Shown here: piece after piece, positions 36,719 through 49,102 of the stretch
How positions within the stretch are numbered: position 1 is the first letter of the stretch
How the letters are laid out: every line of letters begins with the position of its first letter
Source of the DNA: Octopus bimaculoides
Lineage: Eukaryota
Reading direction: 5' to 3'
Assembly: GCF_001194135.2 (NCBI RefSeq)
Contig: NC_068992.1
Span: 36,671,021-36,735,020 of the forward strand
DNA: 64,000 nucleotides
Position numbers and translations under genes: made by a program
Notes under the pieces: model-generated
What the model saw: the letters and a program-made list of their open reading frames with translations, nothing else
What the model was told of the DNA's origin: nothing
Databases searched by the model: none

Positions 36719-37939
36719 CACACAGAAGCCCAAGGTACTTCAATGCGAAACCAAGTTTCTGAACCGAACAACCATTCCTATGCCCCCCAAACCGCCAACT
36801 CAGAGCAGTTCAAGAGTTTACATATATAGGATAATGTACATTTATGAAAATCCATTCGATGAAAGTATATCGGTGAGGTGGAAATCGTTCGAAAAATATT
36901 GTTGAAATTAAAACTAATTTCCACTATTTTTTCCATGTGTACATGCGTGTATTCGTTACGAATACCTTTCAATGAATTTGAATGTTTTCAACTCCTTTAT
37001 GTTGATAGTAATAATATTGATTTTTAACGTAGACACACACCTACAACCTTTACAGCCGGGATGTAGTCGATTACATTTACCCCAACATTCGGGCTCATTT
37101 AAGTACTATATGCAGGACCGTTTTAACAACATTGTAGGCCCCCAGGAAAATCAGTCCACTGGGCCCCATAGTATTTACTTATTTGCAGAATTCCACAGTA
37201 TACAGTGATCAGAACCGGACTCCTAGACATGTGAAGCCCCTGAGCAACAATCTAGGATGCCATGCTTAAGACGACATTGACTGTGTTTGCACCATATCTG
37301 CTTGTAGAATGCAAACGCTTTTGAAACGTCGTTTTACGTTGCATTGTTATCGCAAGTAACGAGACATCAAACTTTATATACTACTAGACTACCCGAGACC
37401 CGTTGAGTAACCGGGAAAGTCTGAGTTTCCCAGCAGAAGAGTTTTGTTTTGTGGGTTTTTTTGTTTCCTCTCCAGGTTATTTCACATACTTTCAAAGAAT
37501 ATGGCATCAAAATCACACGTAAACGGCTACTTCCCCCAGAAAAAGAAAGATTTGGCTGCTATTTCTTGCACACCCTCCCACCACATAACAGGTATTTCGG
37601 GTCCTTTATCGCAAATAGCTCTTACGTGGTAGCAGGGGGTGGTAGAAATAGCAGCTAAATCTTTGGAGGTGAGATACGTTGAATGCACTTGAGAAAAACC
37701 TATGGAAAAAAATTACTTCACACCGAGGTTACGGACGGGTCTTTTACGAAATATTTACCGTATTTTTAAAGTCATTTTCATTTTAAAATATTTTTTAAAT
37801 ATGCCAAAAAAACATTTGTGATGGTATTCAGCTGAAAATAATTTTAAAAACATTAAAATATTGTCTGTTTAAAGAAAGCTAAAATATAAATATTTACTGT
37901 ATATATATTTGTGTGTATGTGTGCGCGCGCGCGCCCGCA

Positions 37940-37970
<31 letters not shown>

Positions 37971-38597
37971 GCGCGCCCGCATGTGTGTGTGTTTGTGAAA
38001 GTTAATATAGCTGTATATTAACGATGTGAACATCGTTAATAATGCATGTGCATTTAAGAATAGATGTCTGTTCCACAACATATACATCGGGTTAATATTA
38101 AGATTGAATTTAATATCTATACATCATAAAACGGTTTGTGAGGGTGTTTGTATTTAAAACTGAATTTATTGACTATAAGACATTTTTAATAAGTAGAATT
38201 CTTCTTGAGACAGTTATTCTGCATGTAAACACAACTTTCTCTCTTCCATCAATTTCTTAATTACTAAAGTTCTACGACGAAAAGAAAAAAAAAGCACTCT
38301 CCATGAATTATTTTAATCTCTAATGAAATACCCCAGTTCATAAGATGCATAATAAGTCACTGATTATGTTATGGTGACATTTGTTAAAAGAATGAACTAG
38401 TGATAAACATGATTACCACCGACTAGAATTTTGAAGAACTTCGTAATAACAAGAAAAGAAGAGAGAAAGAAATATGTGTCGCCTGCATCGTTTTCGTTAT
38501 AATTCCTTAATTTCCATTTCAAAATTCTAATTCGCTCTCATCTTTTGCAGAAATTATTATCACCTTTGTAATAGCAGCAACGACTAGGGGAAACCAC

Positions 38598-38601
38598 GTG
38601 T

Positions 38602-38646
<45 letters not shown>

Positions 38647-38697
38647 TGTGCGTGTGTGTGTGTGTGTGTGTGTGCGTGTGTGTGTGTGTGTGTGTGT
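38598..38697. repeat. (TG)n microsatellite
   Basis: Direct reading. Confidence 0.95.
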
Positions 38698-39168
38698 CCT
38701 ATTTATTGATCCTGGATACCATAGAAAACTTCACTTTTGAGGATATGCAGCCCACATTATATCCAATTCTAAATATAGACTACCAATATCCCAAAGAGTA
38801 ATTCGCAGTAAAACTATTTTCGATGCCATCTACTCTGATATAAGGATCTTATAATTGATATAACAGACTGCTGCCTCTGGGTCACTGGTGCACTGCTTCA
38901 TCCTTTTGAATTTTCTACCCTTTTTATAGTAACTTCTACGCCTCCAAGCTTGCTGGAGCCACCTTCACTGAAGCATTCTCAGCCTACTTACCTCTCCGCC
39001 TCTCATCAATCCTTAGAACTCTCATTAGTATATCCAATACTTCCCGGCTCTCTGAATTTCTCTACCGCAAGTGACGACTTGCAAATATTCAGCAATAATA
39101 TTCTTGTTACCAGTGTCACCGGTCTCGGTGAACATGCGAAGGCCATAGTATTTTGTCTTGTTCTAGAC

Positions 39169-39599
<431 letters not shown>

Positions 39600-39619
39600 C
39601 TCTAGACACTACATATAAA

Positions 39620-40720
39620 ATATATATAGCAGCACGTGTGTTCTTGTGCTTATACGTGTATTCATATAATCATTATATATATATATATAATAGAAATATG
39701 TTACGAAAACAAAATAGAAAATACACGTGGAAATGTAAGGGGAAAGTAAGAAGAAAAATAAGCGAAAATGCACATTAGAAATAAAAAAAAGTAAAGGCTT
39801 TTTATGAAAAGTAACGATAGATATATACAAGTAGATGAACTGAGGTAGGAATAAAAGTCATTATTGTGAATTGTTAAAGAGATTCAAAAGCATACTGGTT
39901 TTGTAAATGCACACCGCTTACTGAATGGTGTCAAGTCTACTAGCCCCTGAGTAAAAAGATTATGTGTAAGGGAGGTAAGTAGTTCTGGATTTGGTGCAAT
40001 TAGGGTAGATAAAAATCTGTAATGTGAATGGTGTATGGGATGTATGGGGGTTAATGGTATTAATTGAAAGGTTAGTAAGTAGTCTGTATTATGTTATGTG
40101 TTCATATTTAGTTATGGAAGATATTTATTGATGAAAGTTACCTCTTTATTCATTCTTTGTTGTACTGAGGTGTTCTGTGAACATTGGTAGAAGGAGAAAA
40201 TTAGGAAATTAGGATTAAGATTTCTAATACACCTTTCTATGTGTCCACTAACCTGTATCTGTCTGTATTGTGGGTAGTGGATTTATTCTTTGCGGAGAGT
40301 GGTTCTTCGACGGAGTGATATTCCTGTTTGGCCAATATAATTATTACCGCACCCTAAGCATGTAATGGCATAGATTAGATTTTCCGAAGCACAGGTGAAA
40401 TTTGATTTATTCTTAAATATTTCACCTTGTTTAAAGCGGAACTCTGAACCCTCCAAAAGGTGGGGGGCATGTACCACAATTAGGTCGACCACATTTTTTC
40501 ACTTTTGGTTCTGTTGTTAATGGATATAGCCTTGCGCTGGTTAATATATTTTTTAATGATTTAGATTGCATTTTGCTTTTGATAATTTTGTGTGAGCCTA
40601 AAATTTTGTTCATTGTTTTATCTCCTGTGAGGATGGGTAGATTTTGGATGATAATGTTAAAGGCTTCGTTGTTTCTAGGGTTATGTGCGGAGATGTATGG
40701 GAATAATTTTAAGTATATAT
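39620..40720 (-). mobile_element. Penelope (Neptune-like) GIY-YIG 3' fragment plus downstream terminal region
   Basis: KKCGRPNCGTCP linker; FTCASENLIYAITCLGCGNNYIGQT. Confidence 0.85.
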
Positions 40721-41492
40721 ATTAGTGTGTCTTTATATATATTTATATTTATATATATGTGTGTGTGTGCGTGTGTGTGTATGTGTATGCGCGCGTGTGT
40801 GTGTATGTACAATATGAAGGAAAAGAGAAATAAGGAAAGCTTCTAACAATGCAGAAAGTTTTACAAAAAAATAATAATTTACATTTCAGGCGCAAAGCCC
40901 TATCTTCAGAAGAAAGCAGTCAAAATATGTGTCGTTATTTTAAAATGCTCGGTGTTTGGGTTAGAACAACAATATCTGTCCAACTGTTGGGCGTGGTCGT
41001 TGTAGCGCATTTTCACGTAGTGGTGGCGGTGGAAAATGGTAAATACCGTAAGTTTCAACCGGTCTTATTAAGTAATGGTGAGCAGCCTTTCAGACTGGTA
41101 AACTACGCTATTCGCAGCACAAGCATGTCCTTCCGTACATACGTAGTAGTGCTGCAAATGCTACAGCTATTACATCAGCAGTACAGTTCGACCACGCCAC
41201 GTCCGAAAGAAGTACATCACTACCAACAGCTTCTGTACAGCAATGCTACTAGCGAAATACAACGCTCTAATGTGTGTATATATATATATATATATATNNN
41301 NNNNNNNNNNNNNNNNNNNNNNNNNNNNNNNNNNNNNNNNNNNNNNNNNNNNNNNNNNNNNNNNNNNNNNNNNNNNNNNNNNNNNNNNNNNNNNNNNNNN
41401 NNNNNNNNNNNNNNNNNNNNNNNNNNNNNNNNNNNNNNNNNNNNNNNNNNNNNNNNNNNNNNNNNNNNNNNNNNNNNNNNNNNNNNNNNNNN

Positions 41493-41639
41493 GGACAAAT
41501 GTCTTCTACTATAGCCTCGGGCCGACCAAAGCCTCGTGAGTAGATTGGGTAGACGGAAACTGAAAGAAGCCCGTCGTATATATGTATATTTATTGTGTGT
41601 ATATGTTTGTGTGTCTGTGTTTGTCCCCCCACCATCGCT

Positions 41640-41640
<1 letters not shown>
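41493..41640 (+). mobile_element. Partial SINE, same family as 2524-2846
   Basis: TGTCTTCTACTATAGCCTCGGGCCGACCAAAGCC..GAAAGAAGCCCGTCG. Confidence 0.85.
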
Positions 41641-41727
<87 letters not shown>

Positions 41728-42559
41728 TATATATATGTATGTAGATACCTATATATACATTAGTATATATGTACATTTTTTCACCTGTATTTGTATATGT
41801 GTGTAGGTATGTACCATCGTTTGTATGTTTAGTGTATATATGTATGTATAGGGTTTTGGTATGTGTATGTATAAGTAACTGTATATGTATTTTTATGATG
41901 TTAGTTATTTGTAAGTGAATATTTTTATAATAAACGGACATAAATTTTAATTTATATTACCATTAATTAATTTACCCTGGGTATGCAGGTATTTTTCCTG
42001 CTATTAAAGCTAATTTTTTTTATTTAAGGTCTTTTTTTTCGATCTTAAATAATATGATTTTAAATCGTAATTTTAATTTTAATTTCATATAACCGGTTAT
42101 TGGAAAGACCGTTAGTTGAAAGGACCAATGAAAAAACCCAATTTCAAATGTGTATCTATCAATGTAATTGTATATTTATACATATAACCTTATTTTTTGT
42201 TCCATTCTCAATCAAAACTGTCCGACGAACGGGAACGTGAAACTGAGTAACAATTTTTGTGATGTCTTTGCAGCTTTATCAATAAAGCATATTACTCTAC
42301 CTCCGGTATTTGAGTACTATTTTTCCACCTTGTTTCACATTTATGTGCTTACTCTGGTGTAACCCGCACCTTTTTAAGAAAGTATGAGCGACTCTCCACA
42401 AGTAGGAAGAAGAAATAGCTGAAAGAAACGGAACCCTACCCATTGGATTTTTCTCTAAAAAGAACATGCCTACCCCGGGGCAGAAGCAATACCTCTTATT
42501 GAGAAAACGGAAGAGTTTATCCGAAGAATGAGATAGAAAGTTTCTTTCTTTGACACGAA

Positions 42560-42951
42560 ACAACAGAATAACAGAAACAAATACGGTCTTCTAAAAGCTC
42601 ACCACCTATTTCAGAATTAGAAGCATTTGAAAAAGGCCCTTCAAGCTTATTAGAAGGATAAAATTCTGTAAATTTAGCAATCCGCTCCAGAGAGATATGA
42701 AGGAAAAACATTTTAAATATAAAGAACTCCTATAAGATTTTCGTAAACTCCGATAAAATAAAAAAACCTATAAAAGATCTTTACAAACGTATTGTTTCAG
42801 ATAGCATTACAGACACCTACAAAAAAAAAAAAATACAACACGAATTTATATAAAGAGGTTAATATAGAAGCAAAAAGGATTGCTAACAACCTTAAAGTTA
42901 GTGATAGGATAGAATACCTCCCCCCGCGCCAACCCTTTATTACCCTTAAGG
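42560..42951 (+). mobile_element. Penelope (tentatively Naiad-like) N-terminal RT region
   Basis: PPISELEAFEK; EVNIEAKRIANNLKVSDRIEYL..FITLK, interrupted by a hAT end. Confidence 0.75.
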
Positions 42952-43445
42952 AAGCGGTTCCCAACCTTTTTGTGATCGCGTACCATTTGGAGGTTTCGTA
43001 CAGCCGCCGCGTACCACCTGGTTTGATTTAATCACAATTAGAAAACACAAATGAACTAACAACAAAGAACACAACTCAGTTTAATACGTGGGCTTTATCT
43101 GTTTCTTCTCCACCAGCTGGTCCATGCGCGGCATAACTTTGCTCACAGCGCATCAGAAACCATGGCTGGGCGCAGAAAGAGTTCCGGCTCTTCGACTTTA
43201 TGGCCAGTAAGGTTGAGAACCCCTGCTCAGATTCCCACATAGAGGGGGAAATTAGTAGCTGGGGAACTGCGTAACGGAGTGGTGTCGGGTGCGAGAAGGC
43301 CATATTTAGCCAGAAGTTTACAGGAGAGCATTCTTTGTACTTCGTCTTTGCTGTCTCGTCAACCTGGATACCTATGAGTTCCTCTTGTTCCCCGGTCCCG
43401 ACAAGCAACTTGGCTGGATCAATGGAGAATGGATTGGCGATGGAT
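42952..43445 (-). mobile_element. hAT (Charlie/Buster-like) transposase C-terminal fragment with TIR
   Basis: AGCGGTTCCCAACC TIR; NPF..EQEELI..FWL..ESEQGFSTLLAIKSKSRN dimerisation motif. Confidence 0.85.
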
Positions 43446-43455
43446 TGGTGAGTGT

Positions 43456-43499
43456 CTCACACTGAGGATGGATAACATCCAGAAACCTATGTCTGTGAG
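43456..43499 (+). ncRNA. Compact type-I hammerhead ribozyme candidate
   Basis: CTCACA-CTGAGGA-TGGAT-AAC-ATCCA-GAAA-CCTATG-TC-TGTGAG; GTC cleavage triplet; helix III one substitution from a palindrome. Confidence 0.8.
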
Positions 43500-44096
43500 T
43501 ATCACGTAAGGCTATAGATGGGAGCGATGACCTCCCTTGCAAGTACTATATACGGACACAAACTGTGTCGGTAGCCAACTGGAAAAGATTTTTCTTGGGG
43601 CTAAAACAACAGTAACATCGTCCTTTAGAGGACTACCACAATCTTTTGGCATATAAACATTAAAAGATATTTACTATTTTTTGGAAAATATTTATCCAGT
43701 GCCGAATAGAACAATTTAGGAATGCTGGAAAGAATTTGCTTTCCGAAGGGAATTATATACCACTTGTCATTACTATTTATATTTTTACTAGAGAAACTTT
43801 TATTATGGTTTTCTGCAGTTTTAGCTAACTACCTAGTAAAGGCATTTAACCTGTTTTTCTGTTTTTTATATTTAGTCCGTTTGGCGTCAGAATTGCTGTC
43901 TATTTGTGTAGTTCTCGTGGAGTGCTTTTCATAGCGGTTATCTCTTTTACCCGAGTGCGGCCTATTAATATTTCGGTTATTGTCTGAGTTACATAATATC
44001 TTATGCGGCCCTAATTCCTTAAAATAATCTTCATATTATCTGGTATTCCATGATTATTTTCCAATTGTTCGAACTTCCTATCCTTATCACTCACTT

Positions 44097-44440
44097 TAAT
44101 CCTAAGGTGGCTATTACTTGTCTTTTTTATCAAGATTATTGTTATTGTCCATCGTGTTCATTCCCGTTCGTAGTACAGGTGACTATAAGGCCATTATTCC
44201 TATATAATCATGTATCTATAGAAAGAAATTCTAGATGCAAGTTGTGCAAAATGTAAGTTCCTATTAGCATGCTTAGTTTTGCTCCCTCGTACGTATCCAT
44301 CGGCACATCGAATAAAGAATCTTCACTCTTTGTGACACAGGTGGAATCGTCGAAAAAATGTAGAGATTTCCTAGCATTCAAGATAATATCGATGGACTCA
44401 AGGAGAATCTTATCACTTTTTTGCAAATCTTATCACTTTC
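44097..44440 (-). mobile_element. Inverted central RT segment of a Penelope (tentatively Naiad-like)
   Basis: IILNARKSL..FDVPMDTYEGAKLS..LYRNNGL..TLGL. Confidence 0.8.
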
Positions 44441-45360
44441 TTACAACTCACAATAGATATGAACGTGACTAGCGTAAACTTCTTAGACATTTGCTTAGAT
44501 TTACAATTAAATAAATTTAAACCCTACCGTAAACCTAACGAAAAGCTATGCTATATCAATAAAGAGTCCAATCACCCACCTGTAATTCTAAATAATATAG
44601 TTGGCAATATAAGAAGGCACATATCATCAAGACCATCGGACGAGACATCGTTTCGAAATGCCGCGCCCTACAATATTAAGAAACATTGAATTCTCGAATA
44701 TCCAATATAGCCATAACGAAACTAAACTTAATAAACCACGCTGGATTAGAACCAGGAAAGTTCTGTGGTTTAATCCAACTTTCAATATCGCCATAAAAGC
44801 TAATATAGGTAAAAGATTTTTAAACCTAGGAGAACGCTTAAAGGGAGCTATTCTTGTATGAACTTCACCTCTTTAATCAACCAACATAACACAAAGACTA
44901 TTAGTAAAGCCAACAATGCTGAAATAAATAACCAACCTAAATGCAACAGCAAAGACCAAAGTTAACGCCTCTAAGAAGGGAATTGTCTAATGAAAGGCTA
45001 AAGTTCAAATGGACAATGCAGGTGCATATAAAACATACACAGGTGCTATGGAAAATTCCTTCAAAAACAGACTATATTCTCATTGAAATTCCTTCAGATA
45101 TCCAGAGAATAGAACTGTGATGAGTCTGGCCAAACATATATGGCAGTTAAGGGAAGGAGAGTCTTCTTTTAAAAGACTCTGGTCTACTCTGGAAAAAGCA
45201 GTCCCATACAGACACGGAGAGCACAGATTTTCAATGAGGCGTGGTTTATGCTTGAGCGAGAATTTTTTTATTCTCTTTCAGGAGAAAAACGTCTTAAATG
45301 AGAGATCAGAACTCTTGAACTGCTGTAGACACGCTTCCAAATATAAGATTAGTTGACAAC
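44441..45360 (+). mobile_element. Penelope (tentatively Naiad-like) RT C-terminus plus GIY-YIG
   Basis: LTIDMNVTSVNFLDI, YINKESNHPP, WFNPTF, LAKHIWQL..LNERSELLNCCRH. Confidence 0.88.
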
Positions 45361-46831
45361 AAAAATCCATACGAGTAAGAAACATTGGTCTTTGGGTTTA
45401 CTAAATTCGCTCAAATCTACCTACATCTATCGCATTTCACCTCGTATAACTTTTATTTTAATTCATTTTATTTCACCAACAAACAAACCCACGAAAAACC
45501 CTTCAACTATCTAGAAACTAATTCGTTAATACTTTTAGATGCATTCTACCGCCAACTACACTGAATTTTATCTGTGGCCTTTTGCCTACTGAATCTTTTA
45601 ATTATAATTTAAGCGTATGTTCAGTAAAGAAAATCCATCATTTGTCCATTGTCCATGTAATTTTAAAGATAGCCAAAGTTTTCATTATTGCTATTCATTT
45701 ATTTAATGGTTTTGTTGCATTGTTTTATTGATTTGCGTAACTTACCTAATCAAACACATGTAGTTAGACTTACAAGGCTTTAAAAAACCCACTGATTTAT
45801 ATTACGTAAAATAATGCATTTTTATTCTAATTTTATAATTTTATAATCTTAATTTAAATTTCATTTTGATTCCACTTATTTTAAAGTTTAATAACCGACA
45901 CATTTTCTCTCCTAATTGCAAGCCTTTTTCGTTAACGAATGTTTTATTCCTTTATTTATAATGCCCTTATATAAATACTAGTGACGAAAGCACTCTCCTC
46001 TCGCAAATACTATATATCTTTTTTGAACATCACACAGTCGCTAATCTAGCTATGTATATTGTGTGGGCATGCGTATGTGTACGTGCGTGCGCGCGCGTGT
46101 GTATGTGTGTGCTCGCGCGCGCGCATGCACGTGAAAATGCGTGTGTAGTTCTCGAAAGACATCCGAGAACACAACTCAAAGAAGAACTGTGTATATGGAA
46201 AAGTATATTTTTAAATGTTTATACATATGACTTATTAAAATAAGTCATATGGATTTTACTCACCCACACTAGAATGCAAAAGGATTGCTGGAAAACATTG
46301 TTAATAATAATAATGATAATAATAATAATATGACAATTCCCAATAATAACATAAAGAAAACAATTCAAGTGGCAACGAATTGCAAAATAACTAAAATCCA
46401 GAACAAGTGTAGCAACAGCAAAACCCAACAACTGCAAAACAACACGACAAACGAATGTGATATTAACAATAAATAAGCTAACAATAAAAGCAGCTACAAC
46501 AGAAGAGAAAAAAATCTGCCTCAGCAACACTGAATGCAAAAACAGAGTAACATCATCAACAACAAAAACTAAGGCTACAAGGGCAACAAAAGCATTATGG
46601 TGGCATGTTCCATTCCGGAAGACGATGACAGATAAGTCTAGAAAGTTCAACTGGTTTCCTGGTGGCTGGAAGCCCGAGGAAATAATATTCAGACTTCAGG
46701 TTAAAACAAAGAAAAAATTATTTTCTTTTCTGGTTCTTTTATCAACTTACTTTTCAAACTGTAAGTTTACATGAAGTAAAGTTTAGAAACATTGGTTATG
46801 CATGTAATACTTATAAACTATGAAACACAAT

Positions 46832-46990
46832 GAGTTGGCAAGATAGGATGAAAAGCCACCAGAATGCCCTGTGGTGTTTAGTTGCGGCTTTCTGAGTTCA
46901 AGTCCTATCGAAATCATCTTAGACTTTTATCATTTAGTGCTTGATAAAATATGTGCCAACAAGTGCTAAGTTGTTATAATCAACTACCCA
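46832..46990 (+). mobile_element. Old, diverged tRNA-derived SINE
   Basis: GAGTTGGCAAG..TTCTGAGTTCAAGTCC B-box-like segment; related minus-strand fragment near 47530-47640. Confidence 0.4.
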
Positions 46991-47749
46991 TTTCTCTCTT
47001 TCCTCTTTAGATCCCCTCGCCAAAAGATTGCAGGTTTCGAAATCACTATTAAAACTATGGAGAGACGCAATTAGCAAGGCGATAAGAAGAAATACTACTG
47101 AATAAATTTACTACGGTTCGTACCTTATTGTCAGCTGTATGCTATGCCTGTAACAAAAAAGGTTATCTCTAGATTCATCGGAGAGAGAGATACAAAATAC
47201 ATATAGTTCAGTCCATCTACCAAGCAAATGGTCTTAAAGAACTAGAGGGTGAATTAACCCAATGTCACATTAATAATATTGCAACTTATTTTATAAACTA
47301 CTGTATTTACAGGGGCAAAGTTTCCACTTTGAGCTTTAATAATCTGAATGTATTCAGTGGTGCCTGCGCCAACGAATAAAGTATACGCTATAAAATAAAG
47401 ATGTGTGAATGTCGAGACTACAAAATTAGTTAGAGTCTACAGAAAACTATTGATTGACTTATTTCATTTGATTCAGTGCAGTAAGAATCAATATTTTCCT
47501 GAATGGTACGGCGTCAGATATTTCTGGAGAAGTATAGTCTATTCATTCTATCGGAATACCGATAGTTTATCGCCTCCTAAGGGAGATGATAAAGTTGAAC
47601 TCAGAATGGAATCTGAACCCAGAATGTACAGAATCATTACTAAATTATCTGAAATACAGTCTTCCTAACTGCCGACTGTCATCAATGCAATAGTAGTAAC
47701 AATGATTTTCACAACTTTTCATTGGATGTTGGCCTTAGTGGATTCGAAT

Positions 47750-49075
47750 TTATTTTAACAATCCTAAAATGTGAAAGATCTTTGAACTCAGAAAGTGGTA
47801 GTTGTCATTACACTTTACCAATTCTATCGGCCACTTTCATTTCAATAACAAATGGTGCCCAATCCCACTCACTGCCAAAGAAATGTTAGATATATCGTAT
47901 TTTCAACGCATATCTGCACATCAATTAGCCACTGCATGTCTAGGTCTTCATGCAACAGATGTTGGCAGTAAATGGAAAATGTAACCAGAAGAACACGTCC
48001 CTCTATAGAAAGCGTAAGAACAAACTCTCCATTCTGTTCAATCATGAAGTCACTAGGGTCAGATGGCATTAGATGACGGATGCAAAGTAAGTATTCGACC
48101 TACCGCTTGACTTCCAAGCATAGTATATCTATACTTGAAAATCAGGTTATGCTTGAGACTAGGCACTTCTCGTTATCGCTGCCCAATTTTGACCACCTAG
48201 AGGTCTGGACCAAATCAAACCCCGAGCAACTTAACTGGTTCGTCCGTCTAGCACCAAGTGATGCTGTTAGCTGGCATAGACCTGCCTCTCCGGGTGCAAA
48301 TATGCAGGCCCGACCTTCACCTTGATTAATTTTTGCTCATGTCACTGCCTCATATTCCCTTAAAGTAGTGCCGATCCCCTTCGTTTGCATGACGTCTAGC
48401 ACTATTACTAAGATGTCGTTCATATAAGCAAACACGGATCTTCTGCATCATAGCTCTCACGGAATACCTCCTCAAAATCTCCACCTTCTTCCGTTGTGAC
48501 TCTAGAGTCAGAACGTACAGAAGTAGAAAGAAAAGGCACAGCTGGTGAACTTAACGCAAGATACTTATTCCGATAGTCGGTCATTTACTCTCATCACCGA
48601 TCAAATATCTATGCGTATTACAGCGATCCAGTTTCTGAAGTAACCAGACACCATGAGGACAGTCACAAAGTATTGATGGTCAATCCCATGGAAAGTTTTC
48701 GAATGATCGAAAGTGATCATAGTTCCACCTATGACATGATTTGTACCCATTCTTTCTATGATGCATTGCGTGAGAAGCTGGTTGGTTTAAGTCTATTTGG
48801 TATGGAGTATGACAGTACCTCACCTACTAGAGGCCACTGAATAAGTCTGACATGTGAAAATGATGCTCGTACGGCAGACCTTACGGACTCGGTGCCATCC
48901 TTCACATGCAACCAGCAAAAGCTTCCCTATTTTCGTCAGCTGTTATCGGCCCATCGCAGAACTCCGGGTCTTTATCCGAGAACAGAGTTAGGCGATTCAA
49001 ATCATCCCCATCTCCGGTCCACCGCCCACTCCAACCGGTTAAACGAACTACCACTGAAAGATTGCAATGACACAT
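47750..49075 (-). mobile_element. Old L1/Tx1-type ORF2 remnant (copy D) with internal deletions
   Basis: DHSKTFHGIDHQYFVTVL, NDILVIV, EYEAVT*AKIN, PVKLLGV*FGPDL align to copies A and B. Confidence 0.75.
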
Positions 49076-49102
49076 CTTCTAGGAATCGAGCGTTGAGTCT
49101 TG

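Noticed and set aside
40865-40915. Minus-strand CTGAAGA-TA-GGGC-TTTGC-GCCT-GAAA
   Set aside because: Helix I and III are not recoverable; at most a decayed hammerhead.
45370-45400. GAAA-CATTG-GTC hammerhead-like 3' half after the GIY-YIG stop
   Set aside because: No upstream CTGANGA core or helix II partner.
46600-46700. Minus-strand NFLDLSVIV segment (RT-like or exon-like)
   Set aside because: Isolated short match without flanking RT motifs or clear splice signals.
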